The notes: generated by a model from the letters alone, not told the origin. A stretch of 62,943 bases of DNA, filler included, from Octopus bimaculoides (GCF_001194135.2; 7 parts of 6 records of this genome joined end to end with filler, not necessarily neighbours in it); one strand, 5' to 3'. Shown: positions 13,101 through 26,028, numbered from the whole stretch's first letter. Translations and numbers: made by a program.

Positions 13101-14644
13101 AATGGCACAAGCAGTCAATGCACTGGTTTAAACTACCAAAAGCAATCTCCTTCTCAGAATTAGCAAATAGGACTTCTGAATTAGGTGCACTTTATAAGAT
13201 GTTCAAATATGCACAGGACTGAAGCAGTTAAGTGCCACCCAAACTGGTGAGGAATCTTGCTAGAGAGAGGAATGCTTATAAGGAAGCCATCAGTAAGAAT
13301 TTCAAGGTGTTTCGGGACTTTTTTTTTTGCTTGCAAACTACACCAGAACAATTCTAGTGTAATCCTGGTCTCACAGTGGCTAGTGTCTGTCCCGTTTTTC
13401 ACGGTTAAAGGGCAACAACGTAAGGTAACGTCAGCTTGGTGGTTCGGGTGAACGGTTACATATCGGTGTCAAGAATTTGGTCCATCAAGGTTGTCCTGCT
13501 CGTTTCTTCTTTATTTACTGACATTCGAGTCATTGCTGAGTAAAATAGAGAAGCTGAGAGACATTCCAGGCGAGACAGGATGTGGAAGAATCGCAATCAG
13601 CGTACTCGGACGACCACATCGTCGTCCTGATCGCTACTTACAGCTCATTGTGAAATCCACACACACACACAGATGTTAGCCATGGATTCTTTTCCAAGGC
13701 AATGCCGAGTCGGAATAAAAGTCCTGTAAATAATGGCTACTTTTAAATAAATAACGTCAACAGAATATATATTAAAATAAATTACTAATCTTGGTCTATT
13801 TAAAGCTTTTAGCATAAAATATCTACTTATCCGTACTTAGTTTACGTGGATAGTCTTGTATTTATGCAATATATTTAGGTCATTGGAAACCAATAATAAT
13901 GTAACATTAATAATGTGAAAGTGGAGAAAATTTAATTTCCCATAAATTTCGCTGTCTCTGATTCGTAGTTGTCCTATGTGTCCAATATTTCGGAAGCGTT
14001 TCTTTCTCTGTAATCTGAGTGTGATTATATATTACGTCGTTGAAATTCATAAACAATACTTCAAGTATAAAGGTTTAGAAAGGATACCGTTACAAAGGAT
14101 TAAGTTATAATCGAAATAATATTAACACATGTTCAATGAAATAAATCTCCGTCACTAAACAGATGGAGGAGGAAAATATAAAAGAAACAAAATTAATAAA
14201 ATAAAGTAAAATCTTCAATAATGAATGCTTTTAGTCCAACAGACGAATCCATAAATTACGAGAAGTAAAAAACCTTACTCCATCATTTTAAAAATCGATA
14301 GTATTTTTATTAAAATAAACTTGTTTGATTTCATTTTTCTGTAGTTTTCTGACTTAACAGAATGCAGTGTAATTTAGAAAATGAAAAAATAGGATATTTT
14401 GTAATAGAGAGTTGACTTGCTAAGAAATTGTCGCTTATTCTACGTCTAGACAATGCATTTTAATGTATTGATTAGAAACACAGAAAATGGATTTCAAAAG
14501 ATATTTTCGAAGGGTATGGAGATGCGAAAGCATTCATTTTCTCTGTTCGTTTGTATACTTTATCTGTGAAATGTCTCATTTACATTCGGTATATATAATT
14601 GTTTTCCATTTAAAACATTTGAAGCTTAATGATATAAAATCAAA

Positions 14645-14691
<47 letters not shown>

Positions 14692-15100
14692 GAGAGAAAC
14701 AGTTTGATCTTAGAATCACAAAAACTCTGCAGCAGCTTAGTTTTGATTTCTGTAGTACTGAACGAGCGAGAGATAAATCTGTTCCTAGAAAAGACTCATG
14801 TACTTCAAGTATCTTCTGTTGCAGAAAAAAAGTTGAACATATTTGGAAATTAAATATGTCTTTTCTACTCCATTGCTGAACATAAAATTTAATGAAAACC
14901 ACTCTGAGTTAAGTGACATAATATAAATCTGTCTGCAATTTGGTTTGTTTTCCAGCAATCTGTCAGTTGTTTGTGATTCTCTGATGGCACAAATGAAAAT
15001 ATAATTGAGGGAATAACCAAATACCAATCAAAAGATAATGTATTCTGGAAAACTTCGGTGTAATCAATTTATATTCTTTATCACGAACGGAATTGTTGAT

Positions 15101-15303
15101 TTCAAATTTTGGCCCAAGGCCAGTAAGTTCGGGGGAGGGGGTAAGTCGATTAGGTCGACCCCAGTGTTTAACTGGTACTTAATTTATCGACCCCAAACGG
15201 ATGAAAGGCAATGTTGGCTTCGGCAGAATTTGAACTCAGAAGACGGACAAAATGCCGCTAAGCATTTTGTCCGGCGTGCTGACGATTCAGCTAGTTCGCC
15301 GCC
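15101..15303 (-). mobile_element. SINE family B, full length
   Basis: Reverse complement homologous to 571-772. Confidence 0.85.
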
Positions 15304-15894
15304 TCACGAATAGAATTATTACTAACACAGTGAATACATTTTTTAAATATGGACAATCAGAGACCGACGTAACTACATGTTAATTGTGTCACCCCATATT
15401 CTATTCCTCTTCTCTACATAAGTTCTATAACATTGACGTATATTTCGAGTATTTCTGTACAATCTGTGCGTTCTATGTAACCATAACAGACAGCATAGAT
15501 ATTTATGCAAGTAAACCATATGATTTCCTGCTTTCGATTTCACTAATTTCGCTTTCATATACAGTACTGTCAGTCAGATTTTATTTTGTACAATGTTGTG
15601 TTGACTACAATATAATGCTATGAAGAGAAAAACACAGACAAAGTATTAAGAGCAAGGGGGAAAAAAACCCGGCAAAATGTCATCTATTGGAAAAGATTTT
15701 TTTTTGCCTGTTTGGTGTTGTAGAGTGTTGTAGGTGTGATCACACAACATATTATTTTTGTTTAGATTGATAGACGTAATGAAGAAAACTTTAACATGTA
15801 ACTGGCAGTTATTTCTATTTTCAATACTTGGTGTTACAAATTTACTCTTATTATGAGAGTCAGTTAGTTCAATCAGATATTATATTCCAACTAG

Positions 15895-16040
15895 TGTAGA
15901 CATTAGCAGAATGGTTAAGAAATTTGCTTCATAACCACGTACTCAGGAGTTTGATTCCACAGGGAGGAACTTTAGCCTTTACTGTAACGTGCATTTTGCA
16001 AATGATATTTTGTAGAGGAAACTTTGCAGAACCAGTCGTA
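15895..16040 (+). mobile_element. Highly diverged SINE family A-like copy
   Basis: AATGGTTAAGAAATTTGCTTCATAACCAC...GAGTTTGATTCCAC...GTAGAGGAAACT parallels the family A head and core. Confidence 0.5.
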
Positions 16041-16937
16041 AATATTCATTGAGTTATAGAAGTCGATAGCGATGTAAAAGAATATATTAAATAAGATATT
16101 CAACTGTTTTAAAGATATTCCACTGTTAACTAAGTATTATTAGATTAATCTTGGCAATTCAAGTTAAAAATTTCATTTCAAAAACTTTTAAAACTGAGGG
16201 GCAAATAAATTTTGTTGATGTATCGCATCGTCAGTTTCAAATTTTGGTACAAAGTCAGCAATTTCGACTCCAGTACCCAACTCGTACTTCGACTCCTGAA
16301 AAGATGAAAGGCAAAGTCGACCTCCTTAGAATTGAATTTGAATTGAATATCCTTGTGTAATATTAGAATTTCCTGGTGATTTGAGGTGTAAGAATAGCAG
16401 ATTGTAAATTGCGTATAAGTGCTACGGTGAAATGATATGCACGTGACACAGAATTGGATGATTTCAATTCTAGCTGGTTATTGTTTCACTGAGTTTATTT
16501 ATTTATTTTTTTATCAAAATAATTTCTTTTACCAGCAAACTACAGATGTTACTACCTGTAACTTTAATAGTGACAGCGCTATCCTCGTTCATTTTCTTGC
16601 ATATTTTGTTGTTTTTAGTAGAATTTGCTTGTTTATTCGGATGTATAAGGGTAGAATCGTTCTGCTGACATAGCAATCGTTGCGATGCCAGATTCTTTTC
16701 TAATCTGAGTATATGAAAACGAATTCACCTGTGTTCATTACAAAATGCAGTGGAACAGCAACTATTGAACCAGCTATAACTAAAAATTTCAAAACACACG
16801 ACTCCTTCCAACATTGGTTTCATGACATTAGCGTTCTTCAACGAGACTACAACCGCTGCTATCCACAAATCTCATTGTATCGACGTAGACCAACCGCAAC
16901 CATTGGAGCTAGCTTGATCATACCAGCGCCTGTTCTG

Positions 16938-17085
16938 GCACTGTTATATCGCTAGCGGGGAAATGAGTCGCTGCTATTTCTAGCGGTCGAGCATCCATTA
17001 TTGATAAGACCAGGGAAGGTCGAAACCACGTCTCCCGCTGGAGGTAGCGGGGATCTATCTCCTCGCTAGCGATATAAACGAGTGC
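16938..17085. mobile_element. CpG-rich foldback / MITE-like element
   Basis: TTATATCGCTAGCGGGGA (16944-16961) vs reverse complement of 17060-17077 TTATATCGCTAGCGAGGA (17/18); weaker symmetry continues inward and outward. Confidence 0.6.
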
Positions 17086-18094
17086 ATTTTGCTTCAAAAG
17101 CCATTATGAGAGTTTTTCCCGTGGTGTCTACTGCAGTATAGTTTAAAAAATAATAACCAAAAGATATTCAAATTCTAACTTACAAATTCTAACTTACACT
17201 TTTTGACTCGAATTCTCATGAATTCGAGTCAAAAATTCCTGTTTGAAATCATTAAAGAACGAAAGAGACATAGATTACCTAGCTATTATGGTTGGCGCAT
17301 AATAACCTTGTAAGTAATATCAGAATTAGCAAGTAATTTAATTTCCATTTGGGAATTGCGTTCCACCTCCAATTTCCGGTATGCATAAAAGACGGAAATG
17401 GGTCAGGTATTGTGAATCACTGAACTCATATTGTCCACTGGCTTCAATTCAGTTTAAGCTGGATGTTAATTGTTAATTTGTTTTATAACAGAATAACTTC
17501 TTTTATGAGTAGGTTTCTGATCTTAATGTTTGTAACTCTAAAGGTAACAATCTTGTTTATGTATCGAGATAAAAGATACTGATAGAATCTTTTTTCTTGA
17601 CAAGAGGAGTTCAAAATATTCGAGAACCTACTGAAGCAATTGTCAGTTTTTGTGTCTCAAAGCCATAACTTAGAATTTGATAAGCTTCGACATAAAACTA
17701 TCTACAATGTTTATCAAGTTTGGTGAAACTATAGCATAAGTTCAAACTTACTTTAGCATTTATATATAAAACATTTTCCAACTACCTCTGATAATGAATT
17801 AGCTCAAGATTTACCAAAGTGTTTAAATGTATAAACATCAATAAAGTTTATTACTTTTTGATGGTTTTGCTGCGATACCATTATTTCGTAACACTATGCA
17901 TTGAGTGAAACCATTTCATTCAGTTCTAAGGTTATTTGGAGATGTTACCAACATCCACATACTACGATGGCAATACAACGCTAGAAGGAACTCATTAAAT
18001 TCAGGTGTCAGGTTTTTACTGAAAATTACTCGAGATTAAAGCATGTAACGTACTTTTTACCTTGGGGATTCAACTTAGAAATACCCTGAAGAAA

Positions 18095-18250
18095 GCCATG
18101 TCGATAGGAAGGGCATTCAGCTGTAAAAACCGAGCCAAAACAGACAATTGGAGCCTGGTGCAGCTCTTCGGCTTGCCTGCTCTTGTCATACCGTCCAACC
18201 GATGGAAAATGGATGTTAAATGATGATGGTGGTGGTGATGATTATGACGA
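18095..18250 (+). mobile_element. RTE-tail non-autonomous element (family C), diverged
   Basis: GATAGGAAGGGCATTCAGCTGTAAAAAC...GGATGTTAAATGATGATG matches family C. Confidence 0.7.
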
Positions 18251-19777
18251 GGAGGAGGAAGTAAAGATTACTAGTGATAGACTTAGTGTGAAGTACTTAT
18301 TTACATATATACTGCCAACTTTTTCATTTCAATATTAAATTCTGCTGACTGTTTTACTTTGTCCACCAAAATATTTGGTGAAATTCAGTCCCTGAATTTT
18401 CTCGTGATACTCCGGGCATTTGGCCATGATCTTCTGCTCTACAATGCTTATGTAGTTTGAGAGAATAGAATTTTAGCCTAGTACCAGTGTTGAAACAAGC
18501 GTTTCTAATAATGCCGTTAACTTTGTCAACCTAGTTTAGTGATGCCAAGCGCTAAAGTTTCATTATAAACTTTCGGTCACGTTCAGTTCTACATTCGAAA
18601 TACAATACTGTTTGTGTCTATTAGGGGATTTATTCTAAAATTAAATACTCAACTATTTATGTAAACCATAACTTAATTATATCAAGATAAGTCTCTAATA
18701 AGCATGACAAACTTTAACATTATGAAAACCATACGTACACATTTTTAAGCAATATTCACATTATTCGGACAACTTTAAAATGATTGAATCCTCTAAAATA
18801 GACTATTTATCAGCCTACAGATAGTTAAACATTATATCAAAACGGTCAGACTTTCTGAAAAGTAATCCAAAGATATGCTATTCACTTGGCAATTGTTTTA
18901 AGATAGCAGCGCAGTTGGCATTAGCAATTCTCTGCAATTTCCGTTCAGAGCAAATGTTATGTAACAGAAAAAAAAAAAATATATATATAAAATGAATGAA
19001 AATGAAGCGAAAGCAAATTTATATACAATTACTATTACATTTCCTTATGTCTACTATTTACAATTCAAATATATATCATTGCTCTTCACATTTTACTATG
19101 AAATATATAATGAGATGAATGTATAAAATGTATACATGAATGACTAATTCAACGAAACATATTTCTAGACATATGTCTGGCCATAAATACGCGTCTTGTT
19201 TCCGAGTTATTCTTCTACAAGAACTCATGAATATGAGACGTAAACAATAATTGAATACTCCATCTTGTGCTTGAATATTTTCCATTCATATCCTGCAATT
19301 GTTTATATTTGGACATTTTCAACGCCAGAATACGCTTCCAAGTCACAGGATTTCTCAGTATCCGTCATTTTTCAGCTGCTTAAGAATGATGTCGCAAATA
19401 TTTTCTTACTTTTTTTTTGTGCATTCATCAATTTTATAGAATTTTTTTTTTTCAAATTGTCAGTGTTGATATGTTAACAACAAAAACTCGAATCAGGAAG
19501 ATGTCGGGAACAACAAACGAGCGCGAGGAAAACGGTAGAGACTAGAGCGGTCGACAAGGGAAGAAAGATCTTACTATGAATGGTAGGATTGATACCATTT
19601 GAAATGGCTCATTCACGGCACATCACTTTACTGCAAGGCTAAAGAAGCAAAAAATACTCTACATTCTGTGAGAGTCACTGCGAGTTGAGAACTTTAGGGT
19701 TTAACATGCAAAACAAAACTGCATCTATCCACATTATTTGCAAAATATGCATATGCACGCATATCTACATACATACT

Positions 19778-20035
19778 TGTTGGGGCCCTGGAATATGTAA
19801 CACTGCCTAAATACCAATCTTGAGAAATTAGGCTTCTCAAAACCAGAAAGGAAAAAGCTAATTCGAAGTCTACAGATTCAATCTATCACTGGAACTGTGA
19901 AAATCTGTAAAACTTTCCAGAAGTTTATCATTTAAATATATATGAGCATGTCTAGATATGTAACTATATGCACGAGAATACATACATAAAACATACAAAT
20001 CTGCACATGCATACATACATACATACATACATACA
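19778..20035 (+). mobile_element. R4/Dong-like LINE 3' end, (ATAC)n-associated family, copy 2
   Basis: VGALEYVT(L)PKYQS / LEKLGFSKPERKKLIRSLQIQSITGTVKICKTFQKFII*; 3' UTR ends in (ATAC)n. Confidence 0.85.
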
Positions 20036-20150
20036 ACCTGGAAAATCCTGAAAACAACTGGGAACTTCCACAGAAACAGTGATGTTGACAGGCTCTACCT
20101 AAGAAGAAATGAAAGTGGTAGAGGCCTGAGATCAGTAGAGTAGAAGAATT
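20036..20150 (+). mobile_element. R4/Dong-like RT thumb fragment
   Basis: TWKILKTTGNFHRNSDVDRLYLRRNESGRGLRSVE. Confidence 0.75.
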
Positions 20151-20289
20151 TTGGATTGTTCTTCTAAGGATTGCTGAGGTTTTCTATCCCACCAGATCAT
20201 GAAGAGGCCAGCCACATCTCCAGCTACACCGACACCAATGGCTGCACCTTAAACCTGCATGTATAGTTTTTTTTATTAAACTTTACTAT

Positions 20290-21330
20290 GTGGTTCTTCA
20301 AGATGGTTCTTACACTGGCCCCTATTGCATGTGCAATCATTTCCTTCACCTGACTGTTGTTCTCAGGTCTTGGGTGGGTACGGTCCAGCCACTCCAGCGC
20401 TCTGTGGTGCTTTTCTTCACTGCTGAGGTGATGGTGGGTGGTCTTCCCCTCTGTGACCTGATGGGGCAGAATCTACTGAGGTCAAGGTCGTCTAAATAGT
20501 CACTGCCGTAGCTTAGTCTAATAAGGAGGCCCAGTTCCCTCGTGTTGACATTACAGAACTCCACTTCACTCTCACAGATTACCTGAATGCATTTCTCCAC
20601 AGCAAAATCTATGTCTATAGATGGGTAGAGTGAAATCACATCCATACTATCCACTACACAACCTGTGAGGTCGTTGGAGTGGTTGCAAGTACTGACTTTA
20701 CTGAGATCTTCCATGCTCACACAGACATCTGAAGACATCTCTATGAGAGGTCGTAACACCTGTGAGAGGAATTATGACAGTCTATAGTTGCTGGAGATAT
20801 TAGCTCCGCAAACTGGTTTGTTTGGGGGAGGGGGCCCATGACAGGGTTTATGGTCTTTGCGTAACCCGTATAGTGTAGGAACATCATTGCTGGATGCTTG
20901 GAAATTGTGTGCAGTCTTTTTCATAGGTTGGAGTATTTTACACCACATTCCCATGTGTGCATTGAGTTTTTCCACCCTTCCATGTTCCTGTGGTGCAACT
21001 TCCCTCATGCTACAGGTGTGTTGTTCAATGGTCTGGACATAGTTCTGTGGGCTGTCTATTGACAGTCTGCCAGACTTGTCCGTAGGGAGGCACACGAATT
21101 CCCTGTTCCTAATTCGCTGTTTCAGGTTTTGTAGGCCTTTGTCAACAGATGAGCTGACTTGGTGGGTCCAGTTCTCCCTATGTTCTTTTAGTGGATACGT
21201 TGCCTCGGTCTAAGATGTGTCGGAGCCTATTTCTAGCTAAGGAGATCTTTGCTTCTGTTTCGCTGTCAATTTGGGGTGGGACACATACCCTTTTGCTGAA
21301 GGGTAAGTCTGTAGGGTAGATCCTCGTCGT
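20290..21330 (-). mobile_element. Penelope-like element (PLE) reverse transcriptase pseudogene
   Basis: PTDLPFSKRV.VP, GLQNLKQRIRNREFVCLPTDKSG, VPTLYGLRKDHK, PVCGANISSNYRLS, SMDVISLYPSI; these correspond to the PLE ADKG, P.LYGLPKIHK, RPIVS and SFDV.SLYTNI motifs; frameshifted. Confidence 0.85.
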
Positions 21331-21539
21331 ATCATAAGATTTGTTGTTAGGGTTGTAGAAGACAGAGTGTAGAGTGTTATTATCATTGTGGCTGTTGTTG
21401 TTGCTATAGTTGCTGGCATTGTTGCTGCTATTGGTGTGTTGGTGGTGGTGGTGGTGCTTGTGTTGTGCCTATTGTCATTGTTGTAGGTGGTGTTATGTAC
21501 ACATATGTGTATATATTTGTGTGTATATGTGTGTGTATA

Positions 21540-21578
<39 letters not shown>

Positions 21579-21678
21579 NNNNNNNNNNNNNNNNNNNNNN
21601 NNNNNNNNNNNNNNNNNNNNNNTTAATTAATTAANNNNNNNNNNNNNNNNNNNNNNNNNNNNNNNNNNNNNNNNNNNN
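21579..21678. other. Artificial scaffold-join spacer (44N-TTAATTAATTAA-44N); also at 31800-31899, 38138-38237, 48227-48326, 53093-53192, 58036-58135
   Basis: Same 100-bp structure six times; TTAATTAATTAA places stop codons in all six frames. Confidence 0.95.
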
Positions 21679-21890
21679 CTGCCCACTCATGCAGAATGTT
21701 TGTGTCTCGGGTTTGCGGGTTCTTGGGTCCTCCCATTTTTGCTGTGAGCATCTCGGTCATTCCTTCTATATTTCCCCTATCGCGATTCACAAAACCCCCT
21801 CATTGCCAACGTCAAAACGTTCTTGCTTTCATTTGGTGCATCTCTCTCTCTCTTTCATAATCAGTTCCCTGAGCAACAATCACTTACGTT

Positions 21891-22268
21891 GAAGGCTTGC
21901 TTATGAACCACATGGTTCCGTGTTCAGTCCCACTGCGTGGCACCTTGGGCAAGTGACTTCTACTATAGCCTCGGGCCGACTGAAGCCTTGTGAGTGGATT
22001 TGGTAGACGGAACCTGAACGAAGCTCATCGTATATATATGTATATATATATATATATGTGTGTGTGTATGTGTTTGTCCTCCCAACATCACCTGACAACT
22101 GATGCTGGTGTGTTTACGTCCCCGTAACTTAGTGGTTCGGCAGAAGAGATCCAATAGAATAAGTACTAGGCTTCCAAAGAATAAGTCCTGGGGTCGATTT
22201 GCTCGACTAAAGGCGGTGTTCCAGCATGGCCGCAGTCAAATGATTGAAACAAGTAAAAGAGTAAAGAG
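21891..22268 (+). mobile_element. SINE family A, slightly 5'-truncated
   Basis: High similarity to 7677-8080. Confidence 0.9.
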
Positions 22269-22514
22269 TATATACAAATTCGGGTAAGGAATATCATCCA
22301 TGGCCGTTTCAGGGGTACAATAAATGTATAAATGACATTTTATTTGTCACTCCTCCATTGAGCACCTGAATCCAATGTACATGAGGCATAGTTTTCACAT
22401 GTGACTTTTACATGTAATTTTGTTCACTGATTTATAAATCTGTTTGTATATTTATATCGTTATGTGTTTTAAACTATGCTTTGGAATTTGTATTGATTGC
22501 CTAGATGTGTTCCT

Positions 22515-22545
<31 letters not shown>

Positions 22546-23031
22546 TTAAGAAGCAAGTTTTAAAATAATGGTCATTACATATAATTCCTGTATTAGGTCA
22601 GTATTTGGCTTACAGCCGTTTCCAGTGCTCGTAATAGGTACATCGCTCAACAGAATTAATGCTACTTTCGTCAGAGCCATTGCTGCAGCTTATGAAATAT
22701 TTTGTCTGAATCGATTATCCTCACACACACACACACTTTGATACATACTTGCTGTAACTTATAAAACTTCATGCATGCACATACACAGCACAATGCACGT
22801 GCATGCTGAGTGCACTGCATATATATATATAGATTTACAGACACAGCACAATGCATCTATGTGCACAACACAATGAATACACATCCATACGCACTGACAT
22901 AATGCCATATTTCAGAAATGCACAATGTTACGCAAGCTGGTGCGAAATTTTCTTACCATTGCTTTTTGTTTTTTTTAATCCACCAGTTGCGAACTCTCAG
23001 TTTTGTTTAAAAACATAACATATAATAAAGG

Positions 23032-23065
<34 letters not shown>

Positions 23066-23074
23066 CACACACAG

Positions 23075-23262
23075 CAGCGTTTTGTCTGTCTTTACATTCT
23101 GAGTTCAAATTCCGCTGAGGTCAGCTTTGCCTTTCATTCTTCCAGGGTCAGTAAATTAAGTACCAGTCGAACACTGGGGTCAATTTAATCGACTTACCCC
23201 ATCTCCCCCCACCACCACAAAAAAAATTGCATCCCTTGTAAAATTTGAACCCAGTATTTTTT
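23075..23262 (+). mobile_element. SINE family B copy
   Basis: GAGTTCAAATTCCGCTGAGGTCAGCTTTGCCTTTCAT... core. Confidence 0.85.
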
Positions 23263-23823
23263 TTTCATTTTTTAAATTATTATTCTACTTTATTGTAACC
23301 TTTATCTAACACCCCAACACACACACACACACACACNNNNNNNNNNNNNNNNNNNNNNNNNNNNNNNNNNNNNNNNNNNNNNNNNNNNNNNNNNNNNNNN
23401 NNNNNNNNNNNNNNNNNNNNNNNNNNNNNNNNNTTCTATTTTCAGCTCCACAGGGTCAAACCGTCTCTAGGTATCGTTCTGTGACATGCCATAATGGCTG
23501 TAAACCAATGCTGTCAAATTTCCTTTTGAATATTATTCTCTAGTTCCAAGAATGTTTGGGGCTTGTTTGTTTGTATTTTTTTTCTTCGAAAATTTATCGT
23601 GAAGGCACCAATGAAACATGGCAGGCAATTCCTTTTTAGAACGGGCCATGGCTTTGGCCCCACTCTGGGTTATGTATAAACAAGTGTCTTTCGAAAGATG
23701 GTTTTTGTAGAGAATTTCACCTTTTAATTTTTTTTTTTTTTTTTTTTTCCAAATCAAAATCTGAACCACTCGCAGACGATAAGTTTTGAGTGAGTTTCCA
23801 CTGCGCATACTGGGTTCGTCATG

Positions 23824-23860
<37 letters not shown>

Positions 23861-24229
23861 TAATAAAATTGGAAAACACAGGCACATATACATATACATA
23901 CTTCACGACACTACAAACCTACACGTACAAACTTATATGCTGTAGTTTCACATACTTAGCTCCCCTGTTGCTCTTGCGCATATGAAACACCGTTCCTTCA
24001 AAGTCACTCAAATATTTTCAAAGTAACTTGGCACGGAATTAACATATTACTCTGTTATTTGGGTCTGTTATTATTTTCTTATTCTTCTACACATTTTTAT
24101 CCTGTCTGTTTAACTTTCTGAAGAAATTTTTATTTCTCAAAACATGAATCAGACGTTTATCTCCACAATCTCTCATTGAGAATCAAACTAATAATTGAAT
24201 CTTGTTTACACTTCTGTGTGTGTGGATGA

Positions 24230-24345
24230 AACTCTGCCAAATTAGACTGGAGCCTGGTGTTGCCATCCGGTTTCACCAGTCCTCAGTCAAATCGTCCAAC
24301 CCATGCTAGCATGGAAAGCGGACATTAAACGATGATGATGATGAT
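24230..24345 (+). mobile_element. Family C (RTE-tail) 3' part with (GAT)n tail
   Basis: CGTCCAACCCATGCTAGCATGGAAAGCGGACATTAAACGATGATGAT. Confidence 0.85.
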
Positions 24346-24484
24346 GTATATATACACACACATATACATATTCACACATGTACACACACATATATATACA
24401 TATATATCTGTGAATGCGTCCCTTTTTTTTTTGTTTGTGTATATGCATATGTAGTGTATGTGTGTGTGTGTGTGTGTGTGTGTA

Positions 24485-24640
24485 TCATCATCATCGTTTA
24501 ATGTCTGCCTTCCATGCTGGCACGGATGGGACAGTTTGACGGGAGCAGGCCAGGCCGAAGCCTGCACCAGACTTTTGCAACTGTTTCGACAGGATTTTTA
24601 CCGTTGGATGCCCTTCCTGACACCAACCACTTAGCAGAGT
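24485..24640 (-). mobile_element. Family C (RTE-tail), different subfamily, tail-to-tail with the previous copy
   Basis: CATCATCGTTTAATGTCTGCCTTCCATGCTGGC...GGATGCCCTTCCTGACACCAACC. Confidence 0.8.
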
Positions 24641-24903
24641 GGATTTTATATATGTGTATATACACACATACACACACACGCACACGCACACACACACACA
24701 CACGTGTGTATGCTGTTGTATTCATGTATGTGTGTATGTGTATTTACTAGGCTGGACATAAAAGTGCAATCATCGATTAATGAATATTTTTTTGTTCCTT
24801 ACCGCATAATCAATTTTTCCTCATTTTCATATTCCATGGATTAAATGTCTTAACACAACTTATCTGTCTGTTTGTCTATTTATCTCTCTATCTAGCTGCC
24901 AAT

Positions 24904-24959
<56 letters not shown>

Positions 24960-25403
24960 ATATGTGTATATGTATATATAGCTAGCTAGCTAACTAACCG
25001 TCTGTCTGTTTATCATCTCTCTGTATCTACTTAACTATTTGTCTACTCATGCACACATATCTCTGTCTTCTTTCTATTCATTCACTTCGGCATGTATCAG
25101 TCTCCACCCCCATCACAATGTCAAGTAATTACCCCTAACAACTATGTTGGCCCCCATCTCCTGCCATCTTTATATAGCGTGTTTGTTTTTCATTTACTAA
25201 CAAATTCATTTTTTTGTTTTTTTTGTAGTATTTTCTAAAACTATCTGATAAAAGGTTTTCAAAAATCTTGTTCTTGCTTCTTTGTATGGAAGCAATCAAG
25301 CAACTCTTTGTATTAAATAATTGTATATATATATATATAAAAATTTTTGTTTCTCTCGCTAACTTATCTGTGTATCTATATGTATGTCTATCCTATACTT
25401 GTA

Positions 25404-25434
<31 letters not shown>

Positions 25435-25468
25435 GACAATAATCCCTTGCTATATACAAATGTGTATA

Positions 25469-25528
<60 letters not shown>

Positions 25529-25684
25529 CATGTAGTAATAAACAGAGAAATGAATGCATTTTAAATGTTGTGCCAATTGTTTCACTAAGAATATTTTGAT
25601 GTAAGTGTAATACAAATGGATTACACAGTTCTATATACATTATTTTACATTTGGTGGATATTTGTCCTCATCTTGTTTGTTGTT

Positions 25685-25730
25685 AACACAACGTTTCGGC
25701 TGATATACCCTCCAGCTTTCATCAGGTGAC
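25685..25730 (-). ncRNA. Minimal type-I hammerhead ribozyme motif (left arm)
   Basis: GUCAC CUGAUGA A AGCUG-GAGGGUAUAU-CAGCC GAA ACGU U GUGUU. Confidence 0.65.
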
Positions 25731-25777
25731 TTGGGGAAACTTCAAACTTGGGTTCTCATTCCTAAGGTGTTTTACGA

Positions 25778-25811
<34 letters not shown>

Positions 25812-26028
25812 TTATTATTCAGGTCACTGCTTGGAATCGAACTCCGAATCTTGAGGTTAGTAGTCTGTGCTCGTAACCACTACGAGCATATGGCATAGTG
25901 GTTAAGAGCGCGGGCTAGTAACCCCAAGATTCCAAGTTCACTACCCCATTTTCCTGTGGGCATATGGCATACTGGTTAAGAGCGTGGGCTACTGACCCCA
26001 AGATTCTGAGTTTGATTCCAGGCAGTGA

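Noticed and set aside
16730-16822. SCCSTAFCNE resembling the Ly6/three-finger CCxxxxCN motif
   Set aside because: Only one other Cys upstream, no signal peptide, in-frame stops on both sides; likely chance.
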